Positions 59,672 to 64,000 of a stretch of DNA of 64,000 bases are shown here, piece after piece. The stretch is from Candidatus Brocadia pituitae (lineage in GTDB: Bacteria; Planctomycetota; Brocadiia; Brocadiales; Brocadiaceae), in NCBI GenBank assembly GCA_017347445.1, contig AP021856.1, positions 750,613 to 814,612 of the forward strand, in the 5' to 3' direction. A model generated the notes under the pieces. That model did not search any database, was not told the origin of the DNA, and was given only the letters and a program-made list of their open reading frames with translations. The translations under genes were made by a program, and so were the position numbers. Position 1 is the first letter of the stretch, and the number at the start of each line of letters is the position of its first letter.

Positions 59672-60991
59672 ATGGCAAGCAGGAAAAAGGTTTTGATTAT
59701 GGGAGCCGCGGGGCGGGATTTTCACAATTTTAATCTCTGCTTTCGCGACCATCCTGAATACGAAGTCATCGCCTTTACGGCGGCCCAGATACCAAATATT
59801 GAAGGGAGACGCTATCCCCCTTCCCTGGCAGGCAAATTCTATCCCCGTGGAATCCCCATCGAACCTGAACAAAAGCTGGCAACACTCATAAAACTCCATG
59901 TAATTGATGAGGTGGTATTCTCTTACAGCGATGTGTCACATGAGTACGTTATGCACAAGGCCAGCTTGGTAAACGCATCCGGGGCTCAATTTACCCTTCT
60001 GGGCACAAGGCAAACGATGTTAAAGAGTCTCAGGCCAGTTATCGCTGTTTGTGCGGTAAGAACCGGCAGTGGCAAGAGTCCCGTCTCGCGAAGGGTCTGT
60101 GAGATTCTCAAAGGAATGGGGAAAAAGGTGGTTGTTATACGGCATCCCATGCCCTATGGTGACCTTTCCCGGCAGCGTCTGCAGCGGTTTGCTTCATATG
60201 AGGATTGCCAGAAGCATGACTGCACCATCGAAGAGGTTGAGGAATATGAACCCCATCTGGAACAGCATACCGTCGTTTACGCCGGTGTGGATTATGCAGC
60301 GATCCTGGCAGAGGCGGAAAAGGAGGCGGACGTTGTCGTATGGGACGGAGGCAATAATGACACCCCCTTCTACATGCCCGATGTTCATATTACTCTTATT
60401 GACCCGCACCGTCCGGGGCATGAGCTTGCCTATTATCCCGGTGAAACGAACTTCCTCATGGCAGACATTATTGTTATTAATAAAGAAGACACCGCAAAGC
60501 CAGAAAACATAGATCTTCTTAAGGAACACATTCAGCAGGCGAATCCAAAGGCTGCTGTTATAGATGCCGCATTACCCATAACGGTTGAAAACGCTGGGCT
60601 TATACAGGGGAAACGCGCCCTGGTGGTCGAAGACGGGCCAACCCTGACACATGGCGGAATGGCCTTCGGTGCCGGGATCCTTGCTGCCGAACGTTATGAA
60701 GCAAAAGAGATCATCGACCCAAGACCGTATGCGGTAGGGTCCATTGCCGGAATTTTTGGGAAATATCCCCACATAGGGAAACTTCTGCCTGCTATGGGAT
60801 ACGGGCATGCGCAGATGGAAGAGTTGAGGGAAACGATACACCGCACTCCATGTGACGTGGTGATTATTGGCACCCCGGTCGATCTGAGAAGGCTCATATC
60901 CATTGATAAACCTACTGACCGTGTCCGGTATCATTTCCAGGAAATCGGCACACCCACGCTCAAAGAACTCATTGAAGCACGGCTGCGATGA
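59672..60991 (+). CDS. COG2403-type P-loop NTPase (usually labelled cyclic 2,3-diphosphoglycerate synthetase); probable arginine synthetase
   Basis: MGAAGRDFHNFN, AVRTGSGKS, RHPMPYGDL, WDGGNND, VEDGPTLTHG, LPAMGY; ATGA-coupled to carbamate kinase. Confidence 0.8.
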   Translation: MASRKKVLIMGAAGRDFHNFNLCFRDHPEYEVIAFTAAQIPNIEGRRYPPSLAGKFYPRGIPIEPEQKLATLIKLHVIDEVVFSYSDVSHEYVMHKASLVNASGAQFTLLGTRQTMLKSLRPVIAVCAVRTGSGKSPVSRRVCEILKGMGKKVVVIRHPMPYGDLSRQRLQRFASYEDCQKHDCTIEEVEEYEPHLEQHTVVYAGVDYAAILAEAEKEADVVVWDGGNNDTPFYMPDVHITLIDPHRPGHELAYYPGETNFLMADIIVINKEDTAKPENIDLLKEHIQQANPKAAVIDAALPITVENAGLIQGKRALVVEDGPTLTHGGMAFGAGILAAERYEAKEIIDPRPYAVGSIAGIFGKYPHIGKLLPAMGYGHAQMEELRETIHRTPCDVVIIGTPVDLRRLISIDKPTDRVRYHFQEIGTPTLKELIEARLR

Positions 60992-61935
60992 AGAGAAAGA
61001 TTGTTGTCATTGCCCTGGGGGGTAATGCCCTTATCGGGGAAGGGCAGCAGGGTACCGTTGCGGAACAATTCGAAAATGTCCGAAAGAGTCTGGACGGGAT
61101 CATCTCCTGCTTAAAAATGGGCTTCGAGGTAGTCATCACCCATGGAAACGGGCCACAGGTTGGGAATTTGCTGCTTATGGTAGAGGCCAGCCGGAATCAG
61201 GTGCCGGAGCTTTCCCTGGGCGTCTGTGTTGCAGACACCGAAGGTGCCATCGGGTATATGATCCAGCAATCCTTAACGAATCGTCTCCGAAAGGAGGGTA
61301 TCGATCGGTGCGTTGTTACCGTGCTGACGCAGGTTGTTGTCAATAAAGATGACCCGGCCTTTTTGAATCCAACCAAACCCATCGGCCCCTTTTTTACCCG
61401 GGAAGAAGTGGAACGTTTCCGCCGGGAGAAAGGCTGGTATGTTGCTGAAGATAGTCACAGAGGGTACCGCCGGGTTGTTGCTTCACCCAATCCGCTGAAA
61501 ATCGTGGAAGAGAGGGCAGTCAAGACCCTGTTAAAAACCGGAGATATTGTCATTGCGGCAGGGGGTGGTGGTATTCCGGTGATAATAAACGAAGGGGGAG
61601 ATCTTGAGGGTGTTGACGTGGTGATCGACAAAGACCTTGCCTCTGCTGTTTTGGCCAGAGAGCTTGGAGCGCATGGTCTTATAATGCTTACCGGCGTTGA
61701 TCAGGTCTTCTTGAATTTCAGGCAACCAGGCGAGCAGATGCTGAGCAGATTAACGATAAATGAGGCAAAAAAATATTTACAGGAGGGACACTTTCCGCCG
61801 GGGAGTATGGGTCCAAAGGTTCAGGCGGCCATGAATTTTTTAGGCTGGGGTGGAGAACTGGCGATTATCACATCCATCGACAAGGTCAAAGAGGCATTGG
61901 ACGGCCGGACAGGCACGATGATTATCAGGGATTAA
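60988..61935 (+). CDS. arcC: Carbamate kinase
   Basis: IALGGNAL, THGNGPQVG, KPIGPF, RRVVASP, GGGGIPV, DKDLAS, GSMGPKV. Confidence 0.96.
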   Translation: MKRKIVVIALGGNALIGEGQQGTVAEQFENVRKSLDGIISCLKMGFEVVITHGNGPQVGNLLLMVEASRNQVPELSLGVCVADTEGAIGYMIQQSLTNRLRKEGIDRCVVTVLTQVVVNKDDPAFLNPTKPIGPFFTREEVERFRREKGWYVAEDSHRGYRRVVASPNPLKIVEERAVKTLLKTGDIVIAAGGGGIPVIINEGGDLEGVDVVIDKDLASAVLARELGAHGLIMLTGVDQVFLNFRQPGEQMLSRLTINEAKKYLQEGHFPPGSMGPKVQAAMNFLGWGGELAIITSIDKVKEALDGRTGTMIIRD

Positions 61936-62147
61936 TGTGGAATATCTGGTATGGTTACCTCCGGTTAAAAAAGGCAATAGAAGCTATGGGAGAAAAAGGT
62001 GGTTATTGCCATTCAAACCTCGTACGATGTGCTGTAGAGCCTGCGCAGAAATATAAAAACCCCATGGGAAATAAGGTAAGCGAGACGAATGAAAGAGTAA
62101 CCACATTTTTCCCGGAGATGCAATTATGACCTCAAGACAGGGAATTG

Positions 62148-63791
62148 TCAGACCGGCGATTTTTTGCGACTCAGACCGGGTTTCGGCCTTTTCATGGTAA
62201 TGTGTCTCTTCCAGTGAGGGTTGTCTGTCTTGGGATAATCAGCGCGATGATGAACGCCTCGGGATTCCGTACGTTTACGGGCTGAGACTACAATAAGACG
62301 GGAAACCAGCAGCATATTTTGCAATTCCCATCCCGTTGGATTGGCAAACTCTTTGTCCATCACATACCGGCACCACATTTCAATCATCTCTTCCGCCTCA
62401 AGCAGGTGTTTTTCGTCCCGCTCTATCCCGGCATCCCTCCACATAAGACTCTTGAGTGAATTTCCAATATCATTCAGATCCAGCCAGCTAATCTTTGATC
62501 CGCCCGCAAATTCCTGTATGGGATAAGGAAACAATTCACGTTTCGACCGCTGGATTGACTTGCCGGCATCTTTCCCGGCGACAGAACCCGCCACCAGCCC
62601 TTCAAGCAAAGAATTGCTGCCGAGCCGGTTGGCTCCATGCATCCCGGTGCAGGCCACCTCACCACAGGCGTAAAGTTGTCTGATGGTCGTTCCGGAAAGG
62701 CGGTTGACCTTCACGCCACCAATCATATAGTGAGCGCTCGGACGCACCGGAATGAGGTCTTTGGCAATGTCAATCCCAAAAGATGCACAGATCTCCCTGA
62801 TCCTGGGGAAACGGGCATATAATCGTTCCTTCGGAATATGTCGGATATCGATATACACGTGGGTCTGATCGGTCTTCTGCATCTCTTTCAGGATGCTCTG
62901 GCTGACAACATCCCGTGGCGCCAGCTCCGCTTGCATATGATACTTTGGCATGAACCGTTCACCCTTTTTATTCCTTAAGATACCCCCTTCACCGCGCACT
63001 GTCTCCGTGATGAGAAACCGAACTGCACCGGCAATATAGAGCGTTGTAGGATGAAACTGCACAAATTCCATATCCTGAAGGGTAGCCCCTGCCCGGTAGG
63101 CCATTGCCAACCCATCCCCCGTGGCTATGCCTGGATTCGTTGTCTCGCGGTAGACCTGTCCGCATCCCCCCGTAGCGAGAATTGTTCTCTTCGCCCAGAT
63201 CAGCATATTTCCCTTCTTTTCGTGCCAGGCAATTGCACCGTGACAAACTTCGTCTCCGGTGATCAAATCAACTACAAAGGTATGTTCAAAGACCTTGATA
63301 TTTTTATTTTCCTTTGCAACCCTGACGAGGGTTTGTTCTATTTCTTTTCCGGTGGAGTCGCCCTGGGCATGAATAATGCGAGGAAAGTGGTGGCCGCCCT
63401 CCTGAGTAAAAACCAAATGGTCGTCTTCTTTGTCAAATGACGCGCCCCATTCAATCAATTCACTTACCCGCTTCGGACCTTCGCCAATAATGGCTTTTAC
63501 TGTAGCTGTGTCACACAAACCCTGACCTGCATCCAGGGTGTCCTTGATGTGTTTTGATACCGTGTCCCCGGCAGAGAGAACTACCGCCACTCCCCCCTGG
63601 GCGTAAGCAGTGTTATTTTCATCAACCCTTTCCTTGGTGACAATCAAAACGGTATTGTTTCTTGCTGCCTGTATGGCGGCGCTGAGCCCGGCCACTCCGC
63701 TTCCAATCACCAGGACGTCGGTGAAAACGTGAGCGGTAGTGCGACTGTCGAAGGAAATAAGGTATCTTTTGGGTTCTGTCTGTTTTTTCAA
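62148..63791 (-). CDS. nadB: L-aspartate oxidase
   Basis: IGSGVAGL, AYAQGG, EGGH, QFHPT, LITETVRGEG, HYMIGG, GMHGANRLGSNSLLE, ESRGVH. Confidence 0.93.
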   Translation of the reverse strand: MKKQTEPKRYLISFDSRTTAHVFTDVLVIGSGVAGLSAAIQAARNNTVLIVTKERVDENNTAYAQGGVAVVLSAGDTVSKHIKDTLDAGQGLCDTATVKAIIGEGPKRVSELIEWGASFDKEDDHLVFTQEGGHHFPRIIHAQGDSTGKEIEQTLVRVAKENKNIKVFEHTFVVDLITGDEVCHGAIAWHEKKGNMLIWAKRTILATGGCGQVYRETTNPGIATGDGLAMAYRAGATLQDMEFVQFHPTTLYIAGAVRFLITETVRGEGGILRNKKGERFMPKYHMQAELAPRDVVSQSILKEMQKTDQTHVYIDIRHIPKERLYARFPRIREICASFGIDIAKDLIPVRPSAHYMIGGVKVNRLSGTTIRQLYACGEVACTGMHGANRLGSNSLLEGLVAGSVAGKDAGKSIQRSKRELFPYPIQEFAGGSKISWLDLNDIGNSLKSLMWRDAGIERDEKHLLEAEEMIEMWCRYVMDKEFANPTGWELQNMLLVSRLIVVSARKRTESRGVHHRADYPKTDNPHWKRHITMKRPKPGLSRKKSPV

Positions 63792-63801
63792 GGGATGGCG
63801 A

Positions 63802-64000
63802 TTATTTCAAAATATCTTTTAAAATATTGCCTAAAGGTAATTCTTTTTGCCTTTGATCTTTATCTTCGCCCTTTTGGTCCTTATCATCTTTTTTGGGGAA
63901 TCCTATCTTTTCGCCCAATTTTTCCAATTCCTTTTTACCGTAATATTTAGCCGTGGCGCTGGTTACATAGGGGATATCAAGGATAGGAGTTGGTTTCCGA
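63802..64000 (-). CDS. 3' end of an upstream gene (65 aa visible), unknown product
   Basis: Open frame RKPTPILDIPYV...KELPLGNILKDILK* ends 11 bp before the nadB start. Confidence 0.6.
   Translation of the reverse strand, partial: RKPTPILDIPYVTSATAKYYGKKELEKLGEKIGFPKKDDKDQKGEDKDQRQKELPLGNILKDILK

Noticed and set aside
1-64000. CRISPR array or rRNA gene; most short antisense ORFs in the track
   Set aside because: No regularly spaced direct repeats and no rRNA-like sequence seen; the short ORFs overlap well-supported genes on other frames or strands.

Overview
About 42 intact CDSs of a low-GC bacterial chromosome. Gene content and architecture point to an anammox planctomycete (Ca. Brocadiaceae); this is inferred, not tested. 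Left to right: (1) 1-8.0 kb, a nitrogen-oxyanion transport locus with two NarK paralogs, two TDT/SLAC1 channels, a heme-c Cache protein, and a non-canonical PII whose stop codon is the target site of an internally deleted IS1380. (2) 8.8-25 kb, mixed envelope and housekeeping genes: TetR, VOC, SBBP propeller, giant MscS, DUF481 barrel, zincin fusion, yajQ, ECF sigma/anti-sigma, GH-like protein, bioB. (3) 25.2-38.7 kb, a decayed defence island with two PIN toxin-antitoxin pairs, type III Res/Mod, YhcG nuclease, SNF2 helicase and an integrase relic, ending at a tRNA-Val 3' half split by an IS1380. (4) 40-46.4 kb, ribH - nusB::PHP fusion - ftsY - sdhB - small ORF - LOG, divergent from a tatC::FecR fusion. 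(5) 46.4-58.5 kb, a co-oriented run of exported proteins: caspase-PEGA-CsgG-like, two Ig-CsgG/FlgT-like proteins, a FadL/PorV-like barrel, a legumain-like lipoprotein, a propeller and a DUF11 protein. It is preceded by a sigma-54 promoter and a c-di-GMP-I riboswitch with ON-switch architecture. (6) tmk, an arginine-synthetase-like gene coupled to carbamate kinase, and nadB. The best candidate for an undescribed system is the c-di-GMP/sigma-54-controlled extracytoplasmic clan-CD protease cluster. All family assignments come from motif recognition by eye; no database searches were run.
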